A DNA stretch of 52,554 nt from Candidatus Bathyarchaeia archaeon (GTDB taxonomy: Archaea > Thermoproteota > Bathyarchaeia > Bathyarchaeales > Bathycorpusculaceae): NCBI GenBank assembly GCA_050015395.1, contig JBEKBM010000023.1, forward strand, positions 1 through 52,554, given 5' to 3'. The notes under the pieces are model-generated. The model saw nothing but the letters and a program-made list of their open reading frames with translations, was not told the origin of the DNA and searched no databases. A program made the position numbers and the translations under genes. Shown piece after piece: positions 19,057-28,276 of the stretch. The stretch's first letter is position 1; each line of letters begins with the position of its first letter.

Positions 19057-20026
19057 AACTGTCTACAACTTTTTCGATTACATCAACAGGATCCTCTAAT
19101 TTTGCTAGCTCGCTTCGCACATCGAATCTTTTGCCAAGATACTTCTTCGCATACCCAAGCACTTCTCGCTCCGTTGTAGCAAAAAGTGGAAAGCCTTTCT
19201 TAGTCAGATACGTGTTAACGTAAGTTTTAGCCATATCAGAAATAGCTATGCTGGGAACACCTTGAAGTGCTGCTTCCCTGGCAATAGTTCCTCCATAACT
19301 AACGACCAAATCAGCATTCGCTACTAACCTTGCTGAATCCACAAAGCTTTCCTTAACTCCGAACGTTTTGCCTTGGCCGTTGTATCTTTGGATAAAATGC
19401 ACATTCCCCAACTTGGCAAGTTTATCTGCAAGGACCTGTGCAACATCTTGCTTTCTCCCTGCATAGGCTGCTTTTGTTTCGATTTGTCTAATAACTATCA
19501 AGGGTTTCTTTAACCCCTCAATTTTTGAAGGCTTAAAATCCTTAATCCAGGCAACCTCATCTACCCCTTTGAACTGGACAATATTTTTGGCGCAATGTTC
19601 CTTCACAAAACGCTTAGGCAAAGCCTCAGACACAACAACCGTGTGCGCAAAAGGTATCGTCAGCCTATTGACTGCTGTAGCGTAAGGTGTATCAGCCGTC
19701 AAAATTATTGGGATTCCTAAACCAAAAGCGACTCGGCAAAGCTCAACCGATTGATGCGCTATGGCAATGTCCGGAGGATCATCCTTGAAGAGCTTGGAAA
19801 ACTCTATTATTCGTTCGGCGCTCTCTTCCAGCCTCGAGAAAAGCGTTGACGGGTTGTATTTGCCCACGACGATAGGTTTTTCTCCAAGAATTTGCGCTAA
19901 AGGTAACGTGTCTGGGTGCTCACGGGTTGTAAAAACAAACTCGTGCCCTGATTTCCTAAGGCGCTGTGCAATAGCTGTGCCATACCTGACATGCTTACCG
20001 GTGCAGGCGTCATACCATATTTTCAT
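19043..20026 (-). CDS. DUF354 family GT-B-fold protein
   Basis: MKIWYD...KH; ADLVVSYGGTIAREAALQGVPSI. Confidence 0.85.
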   Translation of the reverse strand: MKIWYDACTGKHVRYGTAIAQRLRKSGHEFVFTTREHPDTLPLAQILGEKPIVVGKYNPSTLFSRLEESAERIIEFSKLFKDDPPDIAIAHQSVELCRVAFGLGIPIILTADTPYATAVNRLTIPFAHTVVVSEALPKRFVKEHCAKNIVQFKGVDEVAWIKDFKPSKIEGLKKPLIVIRQIETKAAYAGRKQDVAQVLADKLAKLGNVHFIQRYNGQGKTFGVKESFVDSARLVANADLVVSYGGTIAREAALQGVPSIAISDMAKTYVNTYLTKKGFPLFATTEREVLGYAKKYLGKRFDVRSELAKLEDPVDVIEKVVDSFKQP

Positions 20027-20535
20027 TTGTTCACCTTGCGCCTTGCTTCTATGAACGCGTCACGTTTTGCTTCATATTCTTCTAACGTCATTACCACAGT
20101 TGCTGGAACGCCGGTTGCCACTGTTCTCGGAGGCACGTTTTTGGTGACGACGCTTCCTCCGCCAATCACAGCTTTCTCTCCTACAGTCACATCAGGTAAT
20201 ATTGTGACACCTCCGCCGATTACAACGTTGTCTTTGATGACTGGTGGAGTCATGAAAGAGCTCTTTGGATACTTGTCATTTAGAAGTGAACTGTTGGGAG
20301 CGATAAACACGTTATTGCCCAGTATGCAGCCGTTTGAGATGGTTACGTGCGCTTGTATGTTGCAGTTTTTGCCTAAAACTACGTTTTTGCCTATATCACA
20401 AAAGCTTCCAATGATGGTTCCGTCGCCGATTTTTGTGTTATCGCCTATTACAACATAATTCCAAATGGCGACGTTTTTGCCTATTTCTACGTTGGAGCCT
20501 GTAACTATGCCAGTGCCTCTCTTTGGATTCAGCAT
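20023..20535 (-). CDS. Hexapeptide-repeat N-acetyltransferase (WbpD/WlbB-like)
   Basis: IG-repeat left-handed beta-helix; NDKYP; GSVVTKNVP...GVPA. Confidence 0.9.
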   Translation of the reverse strand: MLNPKRGTGIVTGSNVEIGKNVAIWNYVVIGDNTKIGDGTIIGSFCDIGKNVVLGKNCNIQAHVTISNGCILGNNVFIAPNSSLLNDKYPKSSFMTPPVIKDNVVIGGGVTILPDVTVGEKAVIGGGSVVTKNVPPRTVATGVPATVVMTLEEYEAKRDAFIEARRKVNK

Positions 20536-20593
20536 AAACTGTTCTGTTGAGCTCCAGATTTAAATAGTTTAACTTTAACTTGACTTTCCAACG

Positions 20594-21550
20594 ATGGAGG
20601 CAAGTGTCTTGACTAAAGAGACAGTTCTGATTATAGGTTTAGGCGAGATTGGACATACTCTTTTTGCGTTGTTGAATGATGAGAAAAAGAGTTTTGCTGT
20701 TTACGGTTTGGATTTGGATCAAACAAAAATGCAAGAGCTAGGTCAAAGCAGAAAAAATGTTCCAGGCCAAATAGACACAATGCATATTTGCCTGCCATGC
20801 AGTAACCAACAAAACTTTGCAGACATAACCGTTGGCTACGTTGAAGAGTTTAAGCCAAAACTCACAATCATTGACAGCACTGTTTCTCCAGGAACCACAA
20901 TGAAAGTAGCAGAAAGATGCAAGTGCCTCGTCGCCCATTCACCGTCTCGTGGTGTGCATAAAAGTGCTGAACATATGAAGTGGGAAATGAGGCGTTGGAC
21001 TAAGTATGTTGGCGGCGCAAATGCGGCAGCGGCACAGGCTGCTCGTGCCCACTTTGAGAAACTAGGCCTAAAAGTAAAGGTTCTCAAAAGCTGTACGGAA
21101 ACCGAGTTGGCTAAGCTTTTTGAGACTACATACCGTGCATGGATGATTGCTTGTTTTCAAGAGATGCATCGCATTTCCAAGGCTTTTGGCGCTGATTTCG
21201 ATGAAACGGTTGATTTTCTTGAGGATACTCATCGTTTAAGGTTTGATAGGCCTGTTATGTTTCCAGGCGTAATTGGCGGGCACTGTTTAATACCGAACAC
21301 TGAATTGCTGCTGGCGGCTTATGACTCGGAGTTTTTGCGGCTGATTTTAGAGTCAAATGAGAAACGGAAAGAAGAGGTTAAAGATAAGGCCACTCAAAAA
21401 GAAATCGGTAAAATTGCTAAAAGGGTAGAGGCGCTGGAGAAGAAAACAGGCGATATTCAGAAGAATGTGACTGACCAGAAAAGAATAACGCAAACAACCC
21501 GCGCTTTAGCTAGGCGAAAATCGTTACCATTAAAAGAAACAAGTGCCTAA
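20594..21550 (+). CDS. UDP/GDP-sugar dehydrogenase family protein, short form without the usual C-terminal domain
   Basis: IGLGEIG, STVSPGTT, ELAKLFE..YR, PGVIGGHCLIP. Confidence 0.8.
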   Translation: MEASVLTKETVLIIGLGEIGHTLFALLNDEKKSFAVYGLDLDQTKMQELGQSRKNVPGQIDTMHICLPCSNQQNFADITVGYVEEFKPKLTIIDSTVSPGTTMKVAERCKCLVAHSPSRGVHKSAEHMKWEMRRWTKYVGGANAAAAQAARAHFEKLGLKVKVLKSCTETELAKLFETTYRAWMIACFQEMHRISKAFGADFDETVDFLEDTHRLRFDRPVMFPGVIGGHCLIPNTELLLAAYDSEFLRLILESNEKRKEEVKDKATQKEIGKIAKRVEALEKKTGDIQKNVTDQKRITQTTRALARRKSLPLKETSA

Positions 21551-21567
21551 ATGAGATCCGGTATGGT

Positions 21568-22533
21568 TTGGATGTGCTGATGAAAGTCGTCATGATTAAT
21601 GATTGCGCTTATGTCGGAGAAACTCTGCTTAAGTATTTCCCAACAGACCTCGAAAAGCAGCACATCAAGAGAACAAGAGGACTCTGGAACAAAACTTTCG
21701 GCATAGCCTACAAGATTCTTCGGACCAAGGGTGACTTGTACCATGTCCACTATCTGCTTCAGGACTGCTATATTGCCTCACACTTGGGCAAGAAACCTCT
21801 TGTCGGCCACGCGCATGGGAGTGACCTGCGCGAAACGCTGCGAAGCAGAAAATGGGGCAGAATCGTAAAAGATAATTTAAGGAGCTGCAATAAGATACTT
21901 GTAGCCCAGCCAACTGTTCTTAGCATTGCAAAAGAATACAACGAAACTGCAGAGTACTTTCCCATACCCTTTGACCCTGAAATCTTTTATCCAAAGCCAC
22001 TGCCCGAAAAAAGACCGGAATATCACGTTTTTTTGGCATCAGTTCCCGACTTTAACGTAAAAGGCACAGACAAATTGCTACGTGCGGTATCTCTTGTTCC
22101 AGAAAAGATAAAGGTCAAGAGTTTTAATGCAGGAAAAGACCTGGAAAAAACAAAGCAACTAGCAAAAGAGCTTAAGCTGAACATCGATTTTATTAGCAAA
22201 GTTCCCCATGGCAACATGAATGATCTGTTCTGGGAAAGTGACTTAGTTTTGGGGAGCTTCGCCACTGGACGTGAACATTTAGATACTATAGCGATAGAAG
22301 CCATGGCTTGCGGGCGTCCAGTTGTGCAATCCGTTCCAAAGAAGTTCTTTTCTTCATGCCCCTTGGAAGAGCTAAAAGACCCTACTGCAACGGCAGAAAT
22401 AATCCAGAGACTTCTCAGCAACCAAAATGAAAAGGAAAACAGAATAAAGGAACAACTTAACTATGTAAATGCCACACATTCTGCTCCCGTACTTGTTCAG
22501 AAACTCCTAAAAATTTACTCAACATTAAGTTGA
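21568..22533 (+). CDS. Glycosyltransferase family 4 (GT-B)
   Basis: HAHGSDL, KG.D.L, IEAMACGRPVV. Confidence 0.9.
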   Translation: MDVLMKVVMINDCAYVGETLLKYFPTDLEKQHIKRTRGLWNKTFGIAYKILRTKGDLYHVHYLLQDCYIASHLGKKPLVGHAHGSDLRETLRSRKWGRIVKDNLRSCNKILVAQPTVLSIAKEYNETAEYFPIPFDPEIFYPKPLPEKRPEYHVFLASVPDFNVKGTDKLLRAVSLVPEKIKVKSFNAGKDLEKTKQLAKELKLNIDFISKVPHGNMNDLFWESDLVLGSFATGREHLDTIAIEAMACGRPVVQSVPKKFFSSCPLEELKDPTATAEIIQRLLSNQNEKENRIKEQLNYVNATHSAPVLVQKLLKIYSTLS

Positions 22534-22665
22534 AAAAATTCTTCAGGTGTCTTTGTAAAAAGCGATCTCCCGTCCACGAACAGGGCTAAACATGGTTCGT
22601 TTAAAGGTCGAAAACAAAATACGAAAGCAATATTAATTTTAAGTCCTAAAGGTTGAAGGAGTATT

Positions 22666-23607
22666 ATGAACAAAACTCGAAGTGTTCTTGTTACTGGCGG
22701 CGCAGGTTTTATCGGTTCGCATCTGGTTCCACGACTTCTTGAATTAGGCCACTCAGTAACTGTGTTGGATAATTTATCTACTGGAAAGTTGGAGAGCCTT
22801 GACGATGTTCTTGATCATCCAAAGTTTGTGTTTCAGCGCGGAGACATACGGGATAAGACCATTCCAAACGAGGTCTTTGACAAGATTGATTCTGTTATTC
22901 ATCTTGCTGCCTTAATAGATACCTCAGCTTCCGTTGCGGATCCAATTCAAAATCATGAAGTTAACGTAAATGGAACCTTTAATATGCTTCATGCAGCTAT
23001 CAAGCATAATGTAAAAAAGTTTGTTTTTGCTTCTTCAACAGCCGTTTATGGCGATGCAAAGACTTTACCACTTCAAGAAAATATTGCCCTCCACCCGATT
23101 TCTCCTTACGCCGCGTCAAAGGTTGCTGGCGAAGCGTATTGCAGTGCATTTGCAAGTTGCTTTGGGCTTGAGACAATTGTATTGAGGTTTTTCAATATTT
23201 ACGGTCTAAGAAGCGAGAACAACCCGTACAGTGGTGTTATCACCAAGTTTCTTCAAAAAATCATAAAGGGCGAAGTCTTGACCATTGATGGTGACGGAGA
23301 GCAGACTCGAGACTTCATACATGTGAGTGACATTATCAAAGCCGTAATCTTGACTTTGGAGCATGAAGGATTGAAAGGCGAGGTTTTTAATGTTTGCACG
23401 GGCGTGCCCACAAGCATTAATCAGCTTGCTACCACTTTGAAGACCGTTACTGGAAAAAACCCAAACGTTAAGTATGGACCTGCAAGGTTAGGTGACATAC
23501 GAAGCAGCTATGGCGACCTCGCTAAGGCTAAAGAGAACTTGGGTTTTAGAGCGAGTGTAGATTTAACAGAAGGGCTGCAGATGTTATTTGAAGAATTTAA
23601 AAAATAG
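22666..23607 (+). CDS. NAD-dependent sugar epimerase/dehydratase (UDP-glucose 4-epimerase-like SDR)
   Basis: VTGGAGFIGSH, SSTAVYG, PYAASK, RFFNIYG, QTRDFIHV. Confidence 0.93.
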   Translation: MNKTRSVLVTGGAGFIGSHLVPRLLELGHSVTVLDNLSTGKLESLDDVLDHPKFVFQRGDIRDKTIPNEVFDKIDSVIHLAALIDTSASVADPIQNHEVNVNGTFNMLHAAIKHNVKKFVFASSTAVYGDAKTLPLQENIALHPISPYAASKVAGEAYCSAFASCFGLETIVLRFFNIYGLRSENNPYSGVITKFLQKIIKGEVLTIDGDGEQTRDFIHVSDIIKAVILTLEHEGLKGEVFNVCTGVPTSINQLATTLKTVTGKNPNVKYGPARLGDIRSSYGDLAKAKENLGFRASVDLTEGLQMLFEEFKK

Positions 23608-23883
23608 TATTTCTTGTTTTCCAGTGCCCAAAAAATTTTCAATTATACGGAGTTAGAAAGGCGGCACTGATTGAAAGAAGTTTTCCTAAAAAAAGCCTGA
23701 TAAAAATGTGCTAGAGACATATAGCGGATGGCTTACGGAAAGACATTAGCAAGATAGACGATTATTTGCAGACCAATAAGCCCTAGACATACTTGCAGCT
23801 AAGCTAACCAAAGCCTGGAAGTTAGGTCTAAATTGAAATCTCTTGTTGACTTGAACAAAGGCATATTGATAGATGGTAAATGT

Positions 23884-24300
23884 TTATTCTATTGCTAAAA
23901 GTTTCGCTGTTCTGTTTCTGCGTTTATCAATAATCTCACGCAAACTCATGAGGTTACGCAACCACCCATAAAAGTTTACTTTTAACCTAACTAGCAGTTC
24001 TCTGCCAGTTCTCGGCTTAATCGACGCTATACCTTTTTTGCCCTTGTTTCTTGCTATGAAACAGCCGACAAAAATTCTAACTTCAACAAGTGTACGCTTC
24101 AAAAGCCAAGAGGTTGGAAAATTTAGAAGCATAAACCTGATAGTGTTTTTTCTAGAAATAAACTCAACATATGGAGAATTAATTTTATTCAAGGACATTT
24201 TCCAGAAATGGACAACACTAACGCTTAGAACCATGCGCGTTCGGTAACCAGCTTTCTTGGCACGCATGCAAAAAATCTGATTCGTCATGGACAAAGGGAG
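23884..24300 (-). pseudogene. Remnant C-terminus of a GT2 glycosyltransferase (frameshifted, 5'-truncated)
   Basis: Removing one base from the A6 run at 24270-24275 gives FVHDESDFCMRAKKAGYR..VVH...Y....KN.IRF.LLNF, resembling the GT2 ED.D.C.RA.KAGY motif. Confidence 0.6.
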
Positions 24301-24378
24301 AGAACTACATGGGGCAATTATATCGATTTCTATTAACGCTTTAACGGAATCAACAGAACCGGAGTTTAGGTATAACAG

Positions 24379-26847
24379 CTATGGCTTATGTTTCTTTTTA
24401 TAGAGTACGTTTGCTATTACCACAGTTGCAACAGTGATTACTGATATAGTTAACGCAATAAGAACTATCGGCGGATGCGTCGAAGTGACTGGTGTGAAAG
24501 TCACCTGTTGCGTTACATTTATGGAATTAACGGTAATTGACCCTGATGCTGGTGAAACTGTATATCCAGCGGGCGGAGTTATAGCGAATGCATAAATGCC
24601 GTTTGGCACATTGAAGCTGATTAAATTAGAAGTAACGCTCTGAGTCTCCGAGTTAAGGGTTACCTTCCACATGGCATCAGCGGGCAAGCCTGAAGCTGTA
24701 AATGACACAGAATAGGTTTGTTCGCTCGATGAAGAACCAAACGCATAGAGCATATGGTTGTACGAGCCTATGTAAACTACGTTGTCGGCTATGGCAGGCG
24801 AAGAAACAACCATTTCTCCAGTTGCATAACTCCAAATATAAGCGCCAGTCATAGCATCTAAAGCATAAACTTTGCCATCATGCGACCCTACATAGACTAT
24901 TCCATCTGCTACAGCAGGCGAGGAAGCCACCTCCCCCCCAGTTGTATAGTTCCATATTACCTTGCCGTTGGATGCATCCAAAGCATAAACCTTGTTATCC
25001 CCTGAACCTACATAGACTATGCCGTTTGCTACGGCAGGCGACGAGGGTACACTACCGCCTGTAATATAATCCCAAACGAGAAAGCCTGTTGTAGCGTTTA
25101 AAGCGTAAATCTTGTGGTCATATGAACCTACATAGACTATACCATTTGAAACAGCCGGAGAAGAAACTACATAACCGTTTGTAGTGTACTTCCAGATGAG
25201 AGATCCGTTAGAAGCGTTTAATGAATAAACATTGTGATCATTTGAGCCGATGTACACTCTGCCATCGGAGACAGCAGGAGAGGACACCATTATCATGTCG
25301 CCGGTAGTGTACTTCCATACAACAGCGCCCGTAGAGGCATTCAAAGCGTAAACATCATCGTCCTCAGAGCCTACGTAAACTACGCCATTATACACTGCAG
25401 GAGAAGAAACGACTGGACCACCAGTTTTGTAACTCCATATATAAGCGCCTGTTGTGGCATTTAAAGCATAAACGTTATTGTCATATGAGCCTACGTAAAC
25501 TACGCCATCAGCCACCGCCGGTGAAGAAAACATAATCATGCCACCAGTAGCGTAACTCCATGCAACGCTGTTATGAAGTTCCCCGTTGAAACCGATCATG
25601 CCCGTGGAAGCATTCAAAGCATATACTTCGCCATCATGAGAACCTACATATACTAAACCAGCTGCTACAGTCGGGGACGAATCGATCTCACCGCCAGTTG
25701 CATAGCTCCAAATATAGCCGCCGTCTGTAGCGTTTAAAGCATAAAGCTTACCATCCCACGAACCCACATAAACCACGCCTTGAGCCACAGCAGGACGAGA
25801 AATCACCATATCACCTGTCGCGTAGTTCCACAATAGTTCGCCGTTTGAAGCATTCAATGCATAAACTTTGTTATCCTCCGACCCTACGTAAATAACGCCG
25901 CTAGCAACTGTTGGAGAAGATGCTACATCACCGTTCGTTGTGTAGTTCCAAATGTATCTGCCGTTAGACGCATTCAAAGCGTAAACCCTGTTGTCTGATG
26001 ATCCTATGTAAACTAAGCCATCAGAAACATCTGGGGAAGAGTAAACAGCACCACCAGTAGTGAAGTTCCACATTAAATTACCATTAGAAGCATCAAAGGC
26101 ATAGACCTTATCATCTGATGAACCCACGTAAACTACGCCATTGAAAACCGTTGGGGAAGAAGCTATTTCGCCGCCTGTTGCGTAGCTCCAAACGAGTTCG
26201 CCATCTGTAGCATTCAAAGCGTAAATCTTGTCGTCTAATGAGCCTATGTAGACTATGCCTTCACTCACGACAGCAGAAGACAACATGATTTTGCCGCCTG
26301 TCGTATAGTTCCACATGTATTCTCCTGTTGTGGCGTTCAAAGCGTAAACATTTTTGTCCTCTGAACCAAAGTAAACTATTCCATTGCTAACAGTTGGATC
26401 TGAATCTACGTAATACCCTGTTGAGTAATTCCACAATTGGTCGCCATTAGCAGCGTTAAAGGCATAAAGGTTATGGTCTTCTGAACCTACGTAAACTATG
26501 CCGTCAACCACAGCGGGACGAGAAATCACTATGCCGCCGGTAAGGGAATCCCATATTATTCCCCCCGTAGAAGCGTTAAAAGCATAAATCTTATGGTCAT
26601 ACGAGCCGACGTACACCACACCGTCAACCACTGAGGGTGAGCCCACTTGACCACCAGTGTTAAATTCCCACAAAGTCTGGTTAGTTTCTGGCGCTGGTGA
26701 ATTTGAATAGCCTGTATGTGCCAGATCATGGTGGAACATAGGCCACTCCACAGTCGGCTGGTCTCCTTCGGAAGCAACGCTTCCTAAAACACCTGATGCT
26801 AAAAACAGCACTATCAAGATAAGACAAATAATCGCTTTTCCTTTCAT
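24379..26847 (-). CDS. Secreted PQQ-like (BamB-type) beta-propeller repeat protein, 16 blades, with Ig/thermopsin-like domain and C-terminal TM
   Basis: Signal peptide; WPMFHHD..HTG cap; 16 x ~40-aa SSPAV.DG.VY.GS.D..VYAL.A..G...W.Y.TGG repeats; V.F..SGLP....W.V.LN; TM + KKKH. Confidence 0.92.
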   Translation of the reverse strand: MKGKAIICLILIVLFLASGVLGSVASEGDQPTVEWPMFHHDLAHTGYSNSPAPETNQTLWEFNTGGQVGSPSVVDGVVYVGSYDHKIYAFNASTGGIIWDSLTGGIVISRPAVVDGIVYVGSEDHNLYAFNAANGDQLWNYSTGYYVDSDPTVSNGIVYFGSEDKNVYALNATTGEYMWNYTTGGKIMLSSAVVSEGIVYIGSLDDKIYALNATDGELVWSYATGGEIASSPTVFNGVVYVGSSDDKVYAFDASNGNLMWNFTTGGAVYSSPDVSDGLVYIGSSDNRVYALNASNGRYIWNYTTNGDVASSPTVASGVIYVGSEDNKVYALNASNGELLWNYATGDMVISRPAVAQGVVYVGSWDGKLYALNATDGGYIWSYATGGEIDSSPTVAAGLVYVGSHDGEVYALNASTGMIGFNGELHNSVAWSYATGGMIMFSSPAVADGVVYVGSYDNNVYALNATTGAYIWSYKTGGPVVSSPAVYNGVVYVGSEDDDVYALNASTGAVVWKYTTGDMIMVSSPAVSDGRVYIGSNDHNVYSLNASNGSLIWKYTTNGYVVSSPAVSNGIVYVGSYDHKIYALNATTGFLVWDYITGGSVPSSPAVANGIVYVGSGDNKVYALDASNGKVIWNYTTGGEVASSPAVADGIVYVGSHDGKVYALDAMTGAYIWSYATGEMVVSSPAIADNVVYIGSYNHMLYAFGSSSSEQTYSVSFTASGLPADAMWKVTLNSETQSVTSNLISFNVPNGIYAFAITPPAGYTVSPASGSITVNSINVTQQVTFTPVTSTHPPIVLIALTISVITVATVVIANVLYKKKHKP

Positions 26848-26931
26848 TTTTACTCTTATCTATGTTTGGGTCTTATCAGGTTATAAGATATTTTCTTTTT
26901 GCCGTCTAACGAAAAAGAAATGAGAGCTGTG

Positions 26932-28023
26932 CTATTTTTTGCGAAGGCTTTCCGGCACATACGCGCATGCTGGGTCAGATTCATAAATGTCTCCTGTGTA
27001 AGCATACGCTCTGTTTCTGCAGCCTCCGCATAGTTCCCGGTATTCGCAGACTCCGCATTTACCCTTCAGAACGCTTCTATCTTGGAAGCTATTGTAATAT
27101 TTTGATTCTTGGATTTCTTTCCATGCTGTAGAGAGGCTTTTTTCTCTTATGTTTCCCAGCATCATCGGTTCTGAAGGCTGAAGGTCAGTGTAAAAGCATG
27201 GTATTAAATCGCCATTTTCAGTCACACTTAAGTATCCGCCAAAAGCGAAATAGGTGCATTTTCCATGAAACTTATGTTCATACCACTCGTCAAAGTTCGG
27301 TGGGTTTCTTTGTTTTACAACACGTGCATAATGCGGGCAATGTACATGGATTTCAAATTTTCCCTCGTACTTTTGGGTTAAGTCCCATATGTGGTTTAGA
27401 GTCCACTCGTACTGCTCAGGCGTCGGAGTTAACTCCATTGTTTCTTTTGCTCTTCCGCTAGGAACAAGATGATTAAACCAGACAAAGTTAGCATGGTATT
27501 GCTCAGCTAACTCTGCAACGTGGTCTAAATGCTTATAGTTTACAGTTGTAATTGCTGCTGCTAAACCATTTAGGATTTTACCTTTTGATAACTTCTGAAT
27601 AGCTACCAGCGCCTTTTGGTATGATCCTTTTCCTCTTAATTGATCATTGATTTCTTCTGGTCCATCTATGCTTACAGAAGTCCAAACTTCATTTTTAACC
27701 AAGTTATCGTAAATTTTTCCATCAACAAAGCATCCATTAGTTAATAAGCACACATTGAGACCAAGACTCTTCGCGTAACCCACAATTTCAAAAATATCTT
27801 CACGCATTAACGGTTCGCCGCCTTTAATGCCAAACCATCTTACGCCAAAGTTATGAACTTCATCAACTAAACGCAGAGCCTCCATTGTACTCATTTCTCT
27901 TGGAGCATGCTTACCTGTAGCATCAACATTGCAGTACCTGCAACGGGCATTGCAGGCGCCTGTTGCCCTCCAAGAAGTCATAAGTAAAGGACCTTTATTC
28001 GTCAAAGTAAAATCCACCCTCAA
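26932..28023 (-). CDS. Radical SAM/SPASM protein (NirJ/AhbD/PqqE-like)
   Basis: CNARCRYC, GGEPL; SPASM C...G.L.PC...LGNI...KC..C.....C.GCR.RA...GD....DP.C. Confidence 0.92.
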   Translation of the reverse strand: MRVDFTLTNKGPLLMTSWRATGACNARCRYCNVDATGKHAPREMSTMEALRLVDEVHNFGVRWFGIKGGEPLMREDIFEIVGYAKSLGLNVCLLTNGCFVDGKIYDNLVKNEVWTSVSIDGPEEINDQLRGKGSYQKALVAIQKLSKGKILNGLAAAITTVNYKHLDHVAELAEQYHANFVWFNHLVPSGRAKETMELTPTPEQYEWTLNHIWDLTQKYEGKFEIHVHCPHYARVVKQRNPPNFDEWYEHKFHGKCTYFAFGGYLSVTENGDLIPCFYTDLQPSEPMMLGNIREKSLSTAWKEIQESKYYNSFQDRSVLKGKCGVCEYRELCGGCRNRAYAYTGDIYESDPACAYVPESLRKK

Positions 28024-28276
28024 ATTCTCTTCGCTGATTCATCATTTACTTTAAGGTTTCTTTTCAACTTAAAAAAGATTGTGCGCTACTCTCTTATTTT
28101 CATTTTTAAGGCGTCTTAGCACTTTTTTGCTCATATGTAACCAAAATATGGAGGCAAATAGTTTCCGTAAGGTTTATAGTGGAATAAATCATTATTCGTT
28201 AACCCATACGTTATTGAGAGGCAAGGAATCAACCTCTTAACAAAAATTCATTTAACAATAGACATTTAGGGGGTAA

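Noticed and set aside
28069-28134. 21-aa minus-strand ORF MSKKVLRRLKNENKRVAHNLF as a RiPP precursor for the SPASM enzyme
   Set aside because: No RBS or recognisable core motif; such ORFs are expected by chance in AT-rich intergenic DNA
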